Part shown: piece after piece, positions 10,315-20,387 of the stretch
Layout of the letters: the number at the start of each line of letters is the position of its first letter
Position numbering within the stretch: position 1 is the first letter of the stretch
IMG/VR virus record: IMGVR_UViG_2737471866_000010
Reading direction: 5' to 3' (one strand)
Source of the DNA: a virus
Lineage: Duplodnaviria; Heunggongvirae; Uroviricota; Caudoviricetes
Length of the DNA: 37,527 nucleotides
Made by a program: the position numbers and the translations under genes
The notes under the pieces: generated by a model
The model's database searches: none
Seen by the model: only the letters and a program-made list of their open reading frames with translations
What the model was told of the DNA's origin: nothing

Positions 10315-10875
10315 TCAGGAAGGAAGGGTTATTTCGGTGTGATGTTCGATATCGCCGTCAGGCCCGTTACCGGGATCGAGATAATCAACATCAATCGCCA
10401 GCGTTCGCAGTTCATCCAGACTGTTCAGGTCATCCTGCTGGCGGGTATCGTCTTCGGTCAGCTCGCTGATGACCGAAAAATCGAACTGATAAATCAGCTC
10501 ATGACGATTCAGATCCAGTAGCGTGCCGCCGTCATAGGTAATCGGGTTACCGCACGCTTCCGGGTTCCAGCCCAGCAGGGCCTTAAAGAGCATCTGCCGG
10601 ACATCGTCCACCACATCATACGAGGTAAACTGACCGCGCTCATCACGCCCGTTACTCAGTATGACAACCACGGAGAAACTCTCTTTCAGCTCCTGCCAGT
10701 AGTCGGTCTGGCTTTTGTTTTCTCCCGGAGAATCATCACCCGGTACAACATATGCCGCCGGGAGTTTCAGCTTTCCGACCTCCGGCAGATTTTTGAACTG
10801 GGCCGCGCCTGCAACCCGGTTTTCAAAATACGGACAGCGGGCACGCAGTGCAGCAATAACAGGTGTCAGTTTCAT
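10315..10875 (-). CDS. Mu gp37-like protein (DUF1834)
   Basis: 186-aa ORF; synteny upstream of sheath. Confidence 0.5.
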   Translation of the reverse strand: MKLTPVIAALRARCPYFENRVAGAAQFKNLPEVGKLKLPAAYVVPGDDSPGENKSQTDYWQELKESFSVVVILSNGRDERGQFTSYDVVDDVRQMLFKALLGWNPEACGNPITYDGGTLLDLNRHELIYQFDFSVISELTEDDTRQQDDLNSLDELRTLAIDVDYLDPGNGPDGDIEHHTEITLPS

Positions 10876-11378
10876 CTGTGTCGTCGCTCCGGCTTCAGTG
10901 ATTTACGCAATTCCCGCGCCAGAAAATAGCGTGTCCAGCTGCGGTTCTTTTCAAGAGTTTCCACCATGAAGTTATTACGTGGAGCCAGTCGCCAGCCGCT
11001 GCCACCGGATGCACCACGATGATGACTACGACGACGTTTTGCTCCTCCCCGGACACCAAAAAACAGAAACGCCGGATAGAAGTCACCAGAGATCATCCGG
11101 TTCCCCTTCCCGTTGCGCTGGTTAGGGGCAATGCGTGTCATAAAACCGGCTCGCTTTTTACTGGCTCTCGGCACCATATAACCAATCGAACGAGCCAGGC
11201 GTCCGGTCTGATAACCGGGGTTTTCACCCGGTGCCGATCGCGCACGGCGCATCACCAGCCGACGGGCATCACGCATATGACGCTGCCCAATCGTGACAAA
11301 CGCCCGCCGGACACGGGCGCGGTTAAAGCGCATCTCGGCGGGCTGCTGAACATCAACGTGAAAAAAGGGAGTCGCCAT
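10872..11378 (-). CDS. Virion morphogenesis / tail completion protein (HK97 gp10-like)
   Basis: 168-aa basic ORF at the head-tail junction. Confidence 0.4.
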   Translation of the reverse strand: MATPFFHVDVQQPAEMRFNRARVRRAFVTIGQRHMRDARRLVMRRARSAPGENPGYQTGRLARSIGYMVPRASKKRAGFMTRIAPNQRNGKGNRMISGDFYPAFLFFGVRGGAKRRRSHHRGASGGSGWRLAPRNNFMVETLEKNRSWTRYFLARELRKSLKPERRHR

Positions 11379-11763
11379 TGCTGCCTCCGTGACTCTGCCT
11401 ACATTCGCCCAGCTCCGTACACTCCAGCAGCAGAAAGCGCCGCGCCCCGTTCAGATCACGCTGACGTTTCACCCGGTACACACTGTCACCGCAGACCACC
11501 TCATAATCAGCGGTGATCCCCCGGCGGTAACGAATGGTGATGTAATGGGTGATGGCGTCCCCGGTCTGCGCGGTTTCCTGCCAGGTGGTGGCACTGGTCT
11601 GGACAACCTTCGCCCATGCCCGGAACGCAACCGGGTATTGAGGCTCCACGCCAAAGTTATCCGCGGGCATATCCACCCGCTGGCGGATCAGGACGCGTTT
11701 ATTCAGTTCGCCGGGGTCCGGCAGAATGTAGGTTGCGCTGGTCTGCGCCTGACGAATTTTCAT
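11353..11763 (-). CDS. Head-tail adaptor / head closure protein
   Basis: 136-aa ORF; position between connector and tail completion genes. Confidence 0.45.
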   Translation of the reverse strand: MKIRQAQTSATYILPDPGELNKRVLIRQRVDMPADNFGVEPQYPVAFRAWAKVVQTSATTWQETAQTGDAITHYITIRYRRGITADYEVVCGDSVYRVKRQRDLNGARRFLLLECTELGECRQSHGGSNGDSLFSR

Positions 11764-12083
11764 TGCGGAAAGTACCTGTACGGGCCGACAAGCCAGCCAA
11801 AACTCTGCGGCATGTCGAGTTTCTCCACTTCCGTAACCGACGAGCGGTTTTCGTAAAAATGGCTGATAAGCATCAGCATCCCCAGACGAATATCATCCGG
11901 CAGGTGCAGCCCGTCCGGATCGCTGTCCGGAATGGTTTCATCCGGTGCATAGAGCTTCCGGTTCAGATACGTTTCCGTCCGCTTTTGTGCCGCACAGGCC
12001 AGCAGTTGCAGATGGCGGTCATCAGCATCGAAATCCTCATCCAGCCGGAGTTGGGCTTTAATCTCTTCCATTGTCAGAAGCAT
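11760..12083 (-). CDS. Head-tail connector protein (gp6-like)
   Basis: 107-aa acidic ORF downstream of the capsid gene. Confidence 0.45.
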   Translation of the reverse strand: MLLTMEEIKAQLRLDEDFDADDRHLQLLACAAQKRTETYLNRKLYAPDETIPDSDPDGLHLPDDIRLGMLMLISHFYENRSSVTEVEKLDMPQSFGWLVGPYRYFPQ

Positions 12084-12085
12084 AC

Positions 12086-12286
12086 TCAGCCCTCTTTACT
12101 GGTCGTGGCTTTTTTCTCTTTTGCCGCTTTACTGCTTTTTGCACTGATTCCGCGCTCTGCTAACCCGGCCTGAAGTGCAATCTCCTGCACCCGGGCAGGA
12201 AGCGCCCCGTCGTCATACTCACCGGCCCGAATGACCTCAACACGCATACCGTCCGGTGACCATTTCAGATCTTGTTTCAGGATCAT
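12086..12286 (-). CDS. Small hypothetical protein in the head module
   Basis: 66-aa ORF with ATG start, tightly packed between capsid and connector genes. Confidence 0.35.
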   Translation of the reverse strand: MILKQDLKWSPDGMRVEVIRAGEYDDGALPARVQEIALQAGLAERGISAKSSKAAKEKKATTSKEG

Positions 12287-12335
12287 GATTCTTCACCCGT
12301 CAGAACAGGGGGCGCGGTTCCGCGCCCCTGAGTGA

Positions 12336-13541
12336 TTACGCCGCTGCAATCTTCAGCAGTTTGATGGCCTGCGAATCGACCAGCATCCCGCCGGTGCGCT
12401 TGGTGGTATAAAAACCGACAAAAGGTTTATTGGTGTACGGGTCACGCAGAATGCGGGTGCCGATACGGTCAACGATGGTGTAACCCCGTTTGAAGTTACC
12501 AAATGCAATGGCTTTCGCATCAGCAGCGATATCCGGCATCTGTTCGTTTTCAGCGATACCGTAACCCGCCAGAGAGGACGGCTGCCCCAGTTCCAGCCCC
12601 GGACGCCACAGATAGTTACCCTCGGTGTCTTTCAGCAGACGGATGGCAAACAGGCTGTTGTTGTTCATCATGAACTTCGCGCCAGTGCGGTGTGCCTTAC
12701 GCAGCGTGTAAATCAGTTTGATAATGGCGTCTGCGGTCACCGCGGTCGCTTCGCCGGATACAATATGCTGAAGTTTGCCGAACGCCCGGACCTTGTCGGT
12801 TTCATCGGTGGATTCATACGCCAGGAACCCTTTCGGCTTCTTGGTGCCATCGCCTGAGGTAAAGGCAATTTCTTCCTGTTCGGCAAATTCGGTTGCCAGC
12901 TCGCTGTTGATCCAGGCCTCCACGTTGAAGAAGGCATCGTCCAGCATTTTCTGGGTAGCCTGCGGGTTGCCGTAGATTTCCCCCATGAGAGGTTCAATCA
13001 GCTCCAGTCTGGAGGTGGCAGTCTGGGATCGCGTATCCGTTTCCCCCACCCATCCGGAAGCCGTACCGCCCAGATTCACCAGTTTTTTGTAGTCGGAACC
13101 GCCAACGGTGATCACCGTGGCTTCCTGACGCATCACAACTTCATCTTTCAGCAGGTTAAGAATGTTGCGATCCAGTTCTTCCGGCACGGCGTAGCCACCG
13201 TCTTCATCGGTACCCACCTGCAATGCCTTACGCTCCAGATCGCGCAGACCGTCTTCACGGCCTTTACGCAGGAAGCCCACAAACGCCTCTTTATGCTCGG
13301 TGGCCAGTTTATTTTGCGCTCCACCTGCCGGACGTCTCAGCTCAAGCAGCTCTTTTTCAAGGTCGCTTTTGAGATTTTCCAGCTCGCTGAGTTTCCCGTT
13401 CAGGGTTTCCACCTGCCCGGCAAGCTTGCCTTTTTCCTGCTCAATCGCATCCACGCGCTTGTCGTTCTTTGCTTTGAAGTCGTCAAACTTCTGCTGCAGC
13501 TCCTGCGCGACCTGTTCGACATCTTTAATATCAACCGCCAT
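12336..13541 (-). CDS. Major capsid protein (HK97 fold)
   Basis: 401-aa ORF with an N-terminal coiled-coil delta-like domain followed by a capsid-like body; follows the prohead protease. Confidence 0.85.
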   Translation of the reverse strand: MAVDIKDVEQVAQELQQKFDDFKAKNDKRVDAIEQEKGKLAGQVETLNGKLSELENLKSDLEKELLELRRPAGGAQNKLATEHKEAFVGFLRKGREDGLRDLERKALQVGTDEDGGYAVPEELDRNILNLLKDEVVMRQEATVITVGGSDYKKLVNLGGTASGWVGETDTRSQTATSRLELIEPLMGEIYGNPQATQKMLDDAFFNVEAWINSELATEFAEQEEIAFTSGDGTKKPKGFLAYESTDETDKVRAFGKLQHIVSGEATAVTADAIIKLIYTLRKAHRTGAKFMMNNNSLFAIRLLKDTEGNYLWRPGLELGQPSSLAGYGIAENEQMPDIAADAKAIAFGNFKRGYTIVDRIGTRILRDPYTNKPFVGFYTTKRTGGMLVDSQAIKLLKIAAA

Positions 13542-13555
13542 CGTATTTCTCCTGA

Positions 13556-14206
13556 TTAGAAGTTCAGATTTTTCAGTGCATTCAGTGCAGAGCCCACATC
13601 CTCAGCGTCGCGCAGGGACAGTGCGCCATAGCCCCCGGCCATGAATGCTTTGGCCTGGGTACGGGAGAGTCCGACATCACGCAGGACTCTTTCGATTTTT
13701 TTCTGTTCGGGGATTTCCCCGCGGGCCAGTGCGTTCTTGACGTCGCTGATCCGCGCCTCGTCGTTAGACGGGAACGTCACCAGGCTGACTTCCCAGAGGT
13801 CGATTTCTTTCAGCAGAAAGGCTTCTTTGCTCCGGTCGTATTCCCAGTCTTTCAGGACGTACCCAATAGAAAGGCCGGTTAACGAACCGGCCTTCATGTG
13901 TGCATGTGCGCGTTTTGCGAGGGGATCATCATCAATAAGCAACCGTCCCCTGACGTAAAGCCCGACATCGTCTTCCTTCATTTCGGTGTAAACACCGATG
14001 GGTTCATCCATGCGGTGCTGCCAGAGCAGCGCAGGTAACGCTTTTCTGTCACTCCACGCCCGCAGGGAAGCAGCAAATGCCCCGGACATCACCACATCAT
14101 CGTGGCTGTCCTTTACACCAAAGACGGAGCCATACCCTTCAAACTCACCGGAGTCACTGACAGATTTCAGACTCAGCGGTACATCAAGACGTTGTTTCGT
14201 CTGCAT
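13556..14206 (-). CDS. Prohead protease (HK97 family)
   Basis: Start at internal ATG (M13 of ORF 13556..14242) preceded by GAAGGA; position between portal and capsid. Confidence 0.75.
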   Translation of the reverse strand: MQTKQRLDVPLSLKSVSDSGEFEGYGSVFGVKDSHDDVVMSGAFAASLRAWSDRKALPALLWQHRMDEPIGVYTEMKEDDVGLYVRGRLLIDDDPLAKRAHAHMKAGSLTGLSIGYVLKDWEYDRSKEAFLLKEIDLWEVSLVTFPSNDEARISDVKNALARGEIPEQKKIERVLRDVGLSRTQAKAFMAGGYGALSLRDAEDVGSALNALKNLNF

Positions 14207-15425
14207 TGGCGTTATCCTTCTGCTTACCGGCCTTACTGCCATCGGAGGGTTTCGTGGTCATGTTCATCGGTGTGAGATAGACATCACCACCGGGACGCGG
14301 ATTCATATCTTCTAGGTCGCGGCAGTCATTGGGAGAGTAAATTCCCCAGTTGATCCCGGTGGCGTAGGCTTCAAAACGGGACTTCATATCCCCGCGCAGT
14401 AACGCCCCGGCGTTAAATTTGGCGTAATAAACGCTCTGCTTACTTTTTCGTACCAGTCCGGTGTTGATCCGCTGTTCGATGCGGGTCAGATACGGCACCA
14501 GTGAATAGTTGATAAATCCCAGCCCCAGCTCTTCGATATTGTTGAAGGTGGCGCGATCGGTGTTCTGCACCATGTGCAACGGCACCCGGAACAGACGACA
14601 GATTTCTTCAAGCTGAAACTTGCGGGTTTCCAGGAACTGGCTGTCCTCGGCGTTCAGCGCCATCGACTTCCAGTCCAGCCCCATCTCAAGGATCATCGGG
14701 CGGTGAGCATTGCCAAGCCCGGTGTGACGCTCCTCAAAATCTTTCTTCAGGCGCTCATAAGCCTGATCTGACAGCGTCTGCTCTGTACGCAACACACCCG
14801 ACGTCACCGCGCCATTGCTGAACAGTCTGGCCCCGTGCTCTTCGGTCGCAGCTGCCAGCGATATTGCCTCGCGGGCATAGGCGACGGGATTCAGCCCCAC
14901 CAGTCCGTCCAGCGTCAGCGTGCGCACATGCCAGATATCCTCCTGGCTCAGTACATCCGTGGAGCCATCCGGGAATGTGACCTGATAGATCGGCTCCCAG
15001 CTACTGTTAAGCTTCGGTACCACACAGCCGGGATCGACGGGCAGCAGTTCAGCCACTTCGCCAAATGCTTTCACTTTGTAGGCGTAAAAGTTTCCCCGCA
15101 GGCACAGACAGGTGACCACCAGCTCCCAGAACTCCTGCGGCGTCATATAGCCATTGGGATGCGTGGAGATCAGCTTATGCAGACGTTCGCCAGTGGCTCT
15201 CTGCTTCAGGCTGCCGTTCAGGTGATACAGGTTGCAGGGCAACATCCCGACCGACTCCGCCAGCACCCTGACACAGGAAAAAACCGCCGTCAGTCGCATG
15301 GCCCGCTGGCTGCTGATCTGCTTTCCGGTATAGGTGTCGTAGGACAACCCGATAGCATCCGCCAGCTCTGCTGGCGTGGTCACCGGTGCGTCACTTTTTC
15401 GTTGAAATAATCCCGAAAAGAACAC
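14184..15425 (-). CDS. Portal protein (HK97 family)
   Basis: 413-aa ORF after the large terminase; GTG start preceded by GGAGGT. Confidence 0.8.
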   Translation of the reverse strand: MFFSGLFQRKSDAPVTTPAELADAIGLSYDTYTGKQISSQRAMRLTAVFSCVRVLAESVGMLPCNLYHLNGSLKQRATGERLHKLISTHPNGYMTPQEFWELVVTCLCLRGNFYAYKVKAFGEVAELLPVDPGCVVPKLNSSWEPIYQVTFPDGSTDVLSQEDIWHVRTLTLDGLVGLNPVAYAREAISLAAATEEHGARLFSNGAVTSGVLRTEQTLSDQAYERLKKDFEERHTGLGNAHRPMILEMGLDWKSMALNAEDSQFLETRKFQLEEICRLFRVPLHMVQNTDRATFNNIEELGLGFINYSLVPYLTRIEQRINTGLVRKSKQSVYYAKFNAGALLRGDMKSRFEAYATGINWGIYSPNDCRDLEDMNPRPGGDVYLTPMNMTTKPSDGSKAGKQKDNANADETTS

Positions 15426-15607
15426 TATTTACCTCCGCCGACAGACGACTGTGTACGGTCGAGATATCGCGCCACCAGCCACGACCAGAACAGACACAAC
15501 GCCCCGGCAACAACAAACCCCGCCGGGGGATAAATCAGCCAGGCACCATACGCCAGCAAAAGCGCCCCCAGCACGCCCACCAGAGGCGCGAGAATCAGCA
15601 TGATCAT
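15425..15607 (-). CDS. Small membrane protein (two predicted TM helices)
   Basis: 60-aa hydrophobic ORF with ATG and GAGGT Shine-Dalgarno, between terminase and portal; stop overlaps portal start. Confidence 0.4.
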
Positions 15608-15618
15608 AATTACCTCAG

Positions 15619-17352
15619 TTAAAGCGAGCGGATCCCATAGGACTCAATGTGGTCAGACAGCGTGTCTTCTTTCTCGTACAGCATGGCTCTGCCAACCGCC
15701 ATAATCAGCGCAACTGCACCATCGATTTTGTTTTCCGCCTGCTCTTTGACGGGCTTCACTAAATCATCGTTACCTGGCATGTTTTTGCCGACCACATTGC
15801 CGATACACCAGGTCATGATGGGATTGCCGTCATGATGAAAGCGTCCCGATTCAATCGCTGCCTCCAGCTCTTTCATCGGGTCGGACATATTGGCGAAGTT
15901 CTGGACGATAGTAACGGGATTCAGGTCTTCATCAGCAAGGTCATGTGACAGCCCGGTCGCTCCGAAAGGGTCGATGGGTGACTCACTGACCGGGCTGATT
16001 TTGTTCGCCGCTTTGGCCTCTTCGAGGATGTAGCGATAATCCACCTCTGCACCATCGGTAACGGTCAGAACGCCCATTTCCACCCATTTCTGAAAGCGTT
16101 CGGCTGTCCGTCGATCTTCATTTTTCTCGACGCTATACACCGTGTCATACGGTACCCAGAAACGCGGGGCCACACTGTAGTAATGCGTTTTACCGTCAAT
16201 CTCGCGGGTATAAAGTCGCGCCATGCTGTTCATATCCAGCTTACGCGCCAGGTCAAAGGCCAGAATGCACGGCTGCCCCTCGAACTGCTCAAGAGTCAGT
16301 GATTTATCCTCGCAGCTCTGCCAGCTCACCAGGTTGAAATACGCCGAACGCGCCGACACCCAGATATTGAGGTGTTTTGTTTTAAAGACGTTTGCCAGAC
16401 GGGCGTTATTTTTCGCACGCTGCTGCTGACTTAACAAAAATTCGCGATAAACCGACACGCCAATATTTGGATTGGCTTTTTCCAGCACCTGCGGGTCGGT
16501 CCAGTCGTCACCTTCATCAACGGTATAGATGATCCCGAACAGTTCATCGTTAGGCACCGAGCCGTTGAGCATCTCGATGACTTCCCGCCGTTTGTCGTAG
16601 CACGGCCCCTCAATGTTGTACCCGGCGGTGGTGATGGCCCACATCAGTGGCTGACGTCGCGCCCCCATCCCGGTAAGCATTGTGGTATAAAGCGCATCGG
16701 TGGCATGCTCGTGATATTCATCCACCACCGCACAGTGGGGTGATGAACCATCACCTGGGTTGCCGATCAGCGGTTCAAACCGCGCGCCATCCTCCGGACG
16801 GTTCATGTTTGAGGCGTTAACCTCAATCCCGAACGCTTCCGTCAGCATGGGTGTGCGTTTACACATCAGTCGCGCCGGGCGAAAGACTTCCCACGCCTGT
16901 TTCTCTGTCGTGGCACCGGAATACACTTCCGCGCCAAACTCGTTATCACAGGCAAAACAATACAGGGCAACACCGGCAGAGATTGCTGATTTGCCGTTCT
17001 TACGGGGGATTTCGGTGTACACCTCCCGGAAGCGGCGCAACCGGGTGCCTTTATTGACCCAGCCAAACGCACAGCAGATCACAAATAGCTGCCACGGTTC
17101 CAGCGTGATGGGCATCCTCTTGAATGCCCACTCCCCCTTGGTGTGTGGCAACAGCTGAATAAATTTCGCGGCCCGTTCAGCCAGGTCCTTGTCGAAGCGG
17201 TAACGAAACGACTTACTTTTTTCCGCCATCAGGTCATCAAGATGGCGCTGGCAGGCCTGAATCACAAACTGGCAGGCCACAATCTTTCCGCGCACGACAT
17301 CACGGGCATACTGATTGGCAGCATTTACGTTGGGGTAAGATTTCCGGCTCAT
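15619..17352 (-). CDS. Terminase large subunit
   Basis: 577-aa ORF with a Walker-A-like GKS motif (PRKNGKSA) and a C-terminal nuclease-type region. Confidence 0.9.
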
Positions 17353-17852
17353 GATTCGATGATTTTCAGAAACGGGTTAGTGGCTTTCTTCTGCCCCGCC
17401 AGGCCAATCAGACGCTGGCGGCTGCTGGGGTCGAGTCCGAGCATTGCCCCCGTGCTGCTCATCTCGGACTCCTGTTCTTTCTTGGCGGTCAGCTCCGGAT
17501 TTTTGACCATGCCACCCATTGCACCGGTGATGGTGTTGCCCTGTCTGGCAATATTTTTCACGGCACGTCGCCAGAACTCGTAGGCCACGCACCACCGCTC
17601 AAGTACCGCCAAGTCAGTCACGCACAGCAGGCCCTGACCGCAGAGTTCTTTGGTTGTCAGTTGCCACATGATCGTGGCGAGAGGGAGATCTTCTTCAGCG
17701 AACCACTCCGGTGGCTCAACACCTTTGATGGGCGTAAAAACAGGTTCATCTTTGTTCAGGGCTCGCTTGCCGGGGTTTCCGGCCAGCGCCTTGCGCGCCG
17801 TTGGCTTGGGGCGACGCCCGGAACGCCCCGCCGTTCCAGCCATATGCGGCAC
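17349..17852 (-). CDS. Terminase small subunit (P27 family-like)
   Basis: 167-aa ORF overlapping the large subunit start. Confidence 0.65.
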   Translation of the reverse strand: MPHMAGTAGRSGRRPKPTARKALAGNPGKRALNKDEPVFTPIKGVEPPEWFAEEDLPLATIMWQLTTKELCGQGLLCVTDLAVLERWCVAYEFWRRAVKNIARQGNTITGAMGGMVKNPELTAKKEQESEMSSTGAMLGLDPSSRQRLIGLAGQKKATNPFLKIIES

Positions 17853-17968
17853 TCCTGGTTAAATTTCATTTTTCGCGGGTATAAAAAAACGATGGGGCGG
17901 GCAGTCCGGAAGACGTCAGGTCACAGGGATTTGACCCGCCCCTCCCCTCTGGCAGTAGGAACTGGTTC

Positions 17969-18319
17969 TTACTTCAGCCATTCACGGGCCGTCTTCGCCT
18001 TATGACACGGCCAACACAGGCTCTGTAGATTACTGTCGGCATCAGTGCCGCCACGCGCTTTAGGGATGATGTGGTCAACGGTCTTCGCCTCACGTACCAC
18101 ACCAGCACGCAGACATAACTGACACAGACCTTTGTCACGCTTCAGGACACGCGCGCGGATAACATCCCACTTAGAACCATAACCGCGCTGATGACGGGAT
18201 TGTCCTGACTTGTATTGCTTCCAGCCTTCGCTTTTGTGGCTTTCGCAATAGCCTGACGAGTCAGTGGTGGTATGGCGGCAGCCGCGAACGCGGCAGGCTT
18301 TTGGGGTTCGTGGGGGCAT
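17969..18319 (-). CDS. HNH endonuclease (packaging-associated)
   Basis: 116-aa ORF with Cys-rich HNH motif (CQLCLRAG...HIIPKARGG...CWPCH); HNH genes typically sit next to cos and terminase in HK97-like phages. Confidence 0.8.
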   Translation of the reverse strand: MPPRTPKACRVRGCRHTTTDSSGYCESHKSEGWKQYKSGQSRHQRGYGSKWDVIRARVLKRDKGLCQLCLRAGVVREAKTVDHIIPKARGGTDADSNLQSLCWPCHKAKTAREWLK

Positions 18320-18331
18320 AAAAACACCAGT

Positions 18332-18356
18332 AAAAAGCCTCGCTAATGCGAGGCTA
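18332..18356 (-). terminator. Intrinsic terminator downstream of the membrane moron
   Basis: Perfect 8-bp stem agcctcgc/gcgaggct with taat loop, followed on the minus strand by a T-run. Confidence 0.5.
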
Positions 18357-18397
18357 ATTCATAGTAACAATTTACTCTGACAGTACCACGACTGTAG

Positions 18398-19087
18398 TTA
18401 AATCTTTGTTCGCTGATAATCAGCAGAATCAATTAAATTATACATACCATTCATATCATGCTCATAATGATATTCAGATACATACGAATACCCCAATATA
18501 CTCTCATAAGTCAAAACGACCCGAAAATTTTCAGGCACATCTCCAGCATTTATTTTATTTTTAGGAAGTTTAATTGTGCCATTGCTACTTCTAAAAAAAT
18601 GCGAGTTATATTCCCCGATAGGAGGTTCAAAAGTTAAGCTTATATTTTTCGCTGTTTTACCATCACTAAATACCGACCAATTATACTCATACTGATCACC
18701 ACTTTTAACTGACCATCCCAGATTCGACATATATAGATCAGGCTTCGTTTCTTTTTCTCTTTCCAGCCTTTCTGTCATGGCTTTGATTGATTCATTTTCT
18801 AATTGCTGTTTAGAAACGGAAACCATCTCTTTATATTGTTCGACTGAGTTTTTCAACTCAGTGGCTTGTAACTTTAACGCTTCAGTATTTTGCTGTAGTT
18901 CTTTTTGTTGCTGTAAATACCCAAGCACAAGCCAAAAAAAGGCCACTGGGGAAAATGCACCAGCAAGAAAATCTCCAAACTCATTCCACGACGTCATCTG
19001 GTTCAAATCAAGAACATGGATCGTAATACCTAAGCCAAAGAAATAAACGACACTAACTAAAACACCGCACCCAAAAATTCTCATCAT
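18398..19087 (-). CDS. Membrane protein moron (two N-terminal TM helices, coiled coil, C-terminal globular domain); function unknown
   Basis: Start at ATGATG (M9 of ORF 18398..19111) preceded by GGGGAGAGA; visibly AT-rich; own terminator; inserted between Rz and HNH. Confidence 0.55.
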   Translation of the reverse strand: MMRIFGCGVLVSVVYFFGLGITIHVLDLNQMTSWNEFGDFLAGAFSPVAFFWLVLGYLQQQKELQQNTEALKLQATELKNSVEQYKEMVSVSKQQLENESIKAMTERLEREKETKPDLYMSNLGWSVKSGDQYEYNWSVFSDGKTAKNISLTFEPPIGEYNSHFFRSSNGTIKLPKNKINAGDVPENFRVVLTYESILGYSYVSEYHYEHDMNGMYNLIDSADYQRTKI

Positions 19088-19135
19088 TCTCTCCCCATTT
19101 GGAGAAAACATTTAACAACTGTCAAATAGTCAAGG

Positions 19136-19597
19136 TCAATGCAAACACTGCAACTTTACATACTCCTGCAAGTAGTTAACCTGCGCCGTTATCTTGTCGA
19201 TTCCACTTCGGAGACGGTAATAATTGAGTTCAGCATCTGCTGTAAGTCTTGGACTTTCTCCATCGCCCATGCCGCTGGCTCTGGTCGTTGACTTTGCACA
19301 GGTGGCAGCGACTTGCAGGCGCTTACGCCCAGCAGAAACATCAGCACGGAGACTTTCGATAGTCGCGTTAGCATCAGCAAGCTCCTTTGTGTATCTGGCG
19401 TCAAGTTCTGCTACGTCACGTTGACGCTTCTGCATATCAGAGATGGTCGCCATAGCCGAATCTAATGCCATAGCATTCTCATCACGCTGCTTTTTGTATT
19501 CAATAGCTTTATTGTGGTAATGATTCACTGAACAGATAAAAGAACCAACGACAGAAACGAAGAAAACAGCGATAACCAGCTTATAGCTCAACTTCAT
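19136..19597 (-). CDS. Rz: i-spanin Rz
   Basis: 153-aa ORF with N-terminal TM segment; clear similarity to lambda Rz (AVNHYRDNAI.. / VNHYHNKAI.., RQRDVAxLDAxYTKELADA). Confidence 0.8.
   Translation of the reverse strand: MKLSYKLVIAVFFVSVVGSFICSVNHYHNKAIEYKKQRDENAMALDSAMATISDMQKRQRDVAELDARYTKELADANATIESLRADVSAGRKRLQVAATCAKSTTRASGMGDGESPRLTADAELNYYRLRSGIDKITAQVNYLQEYVKLQCLH
19189..19374 (-). CDS. Rz1: o-spanin Rz1 (lipoprotein embedded in Rz)
   Basis: Embedded in an alternate frame of Rz; start at internal ATG (M11); lipobox LLGVSAC followed by a Pro-rich segment. Confidence 0.65.
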   Translation of the reverse strand: MLTRLSKVSVLMFLLGVSACKSLPPVQSQRPEPAAWAMEKVQDLQQMLNSIITVSEVESTR

Positions 19598-20057
19598 TTA
19601 CCACCCCGCCAGCCTCTTTAAATCGGGCAATCAGGTCACCGATTTTATGTTCATACTGACCGTAACCTGCACCGGGTAATGACGCCCAGATATTGCTGCA
19701 ACGATCGATTGCCTGACGGATATCACCGCTATCGATCATCGGTAAAGCGCCACGCTCTTTAATCTGCTGTAATGCAACTGCGTCCTGGCTTTTTGGAGAA
19801 AAGTCTTTTAGTCCAAGCTGTTTACGGTAGGCATCCCACCAACGGGAAAGAAGCTGGTAGCGCCCTGCGGCTGTTGATTTAAGTTTCGGGTTTAGCGTGA
19901 CAAGTTTGCGAGGATGATCGGAGTAATCAGTGAAGAGTTCACCACCGACAATAACGTCATAACCGTGGTTACGTGTCGGTTGTCGTCCGTTATCCGTTCC
20001 TTCTGACCAAGCCACCATATCAAGGAAAGCTTTACGCTGGGAATTTAGTACCTGCAT
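19581..20057 (-). CDS. R: Endolysin, lambda R-type lytic transglycosylase
   Basis: 158-aa ORF near-collinear with lambda R (NSQRKAFLDMVAWSEGTDNGRQPTRNHGYDVIVGGELFTDYSDHPR...). Confidence 0.9.
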   Translation of the reverse strand: MQVLNSQRKAFLDMVAWSEGTDNGRQPTRNHGYDVIVGGELFTDYSDHPRKLVTLNPKLKSTAAGRYQLLSRWWDAYRKQLGLKDFSPKSQDAVALQQIKERGALPMIDSGDIRQAIDRCSNIWASLPGAGYGQYEHKIGDLIARFKEAGGVVNEVEL

Positions 20058-20060
20058 AAA

Positions 20061-20387
20061 TTACTCCTTAGAGCCACCAAATTTGTTACCGATTACTCGC
20101 ATTGCAGCCCCACGAATAGCATCGACACCGATCAGTCCCACCCCACCACCAATGGCAACAGATAGTGATTTAGGCCATCCGACATACTCAAGAGCGGATG
20201 CAAAAGTCAGCGTCAGAGCGCCACAGAGTAGAATTTCGAGTGTTTTTCGCTTCCAGCCGCCACCACCGCCAAAATAGGCAATACGTAAACCAGCCATAAC
20301 AATCGACATAATCACTGCGCCCAGCGGTGTGTCTCCACGCCACCAGCTCTGGACCAACTCCAGCCAGGTATTTGGGTTATGAGGCAT
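20061..20387 (-). CDS. S: Holin (lambda S-like class I)
   Basis: 108-aa ORF with hydrophobic helices and charged C-terminus, directly upstream of the endolysin. Confidence 0.7.
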   Translation of the reverse strand: MPHNPNTWLELVQSWWRGDTPLGAVIMSIVMAGLRIAYFGGGGGWKRKTLEILLCGALTLTFASALEYVGWPKSLSVAIGGGVGLIGVDAIRGAAMRVIGNKFGGSKE

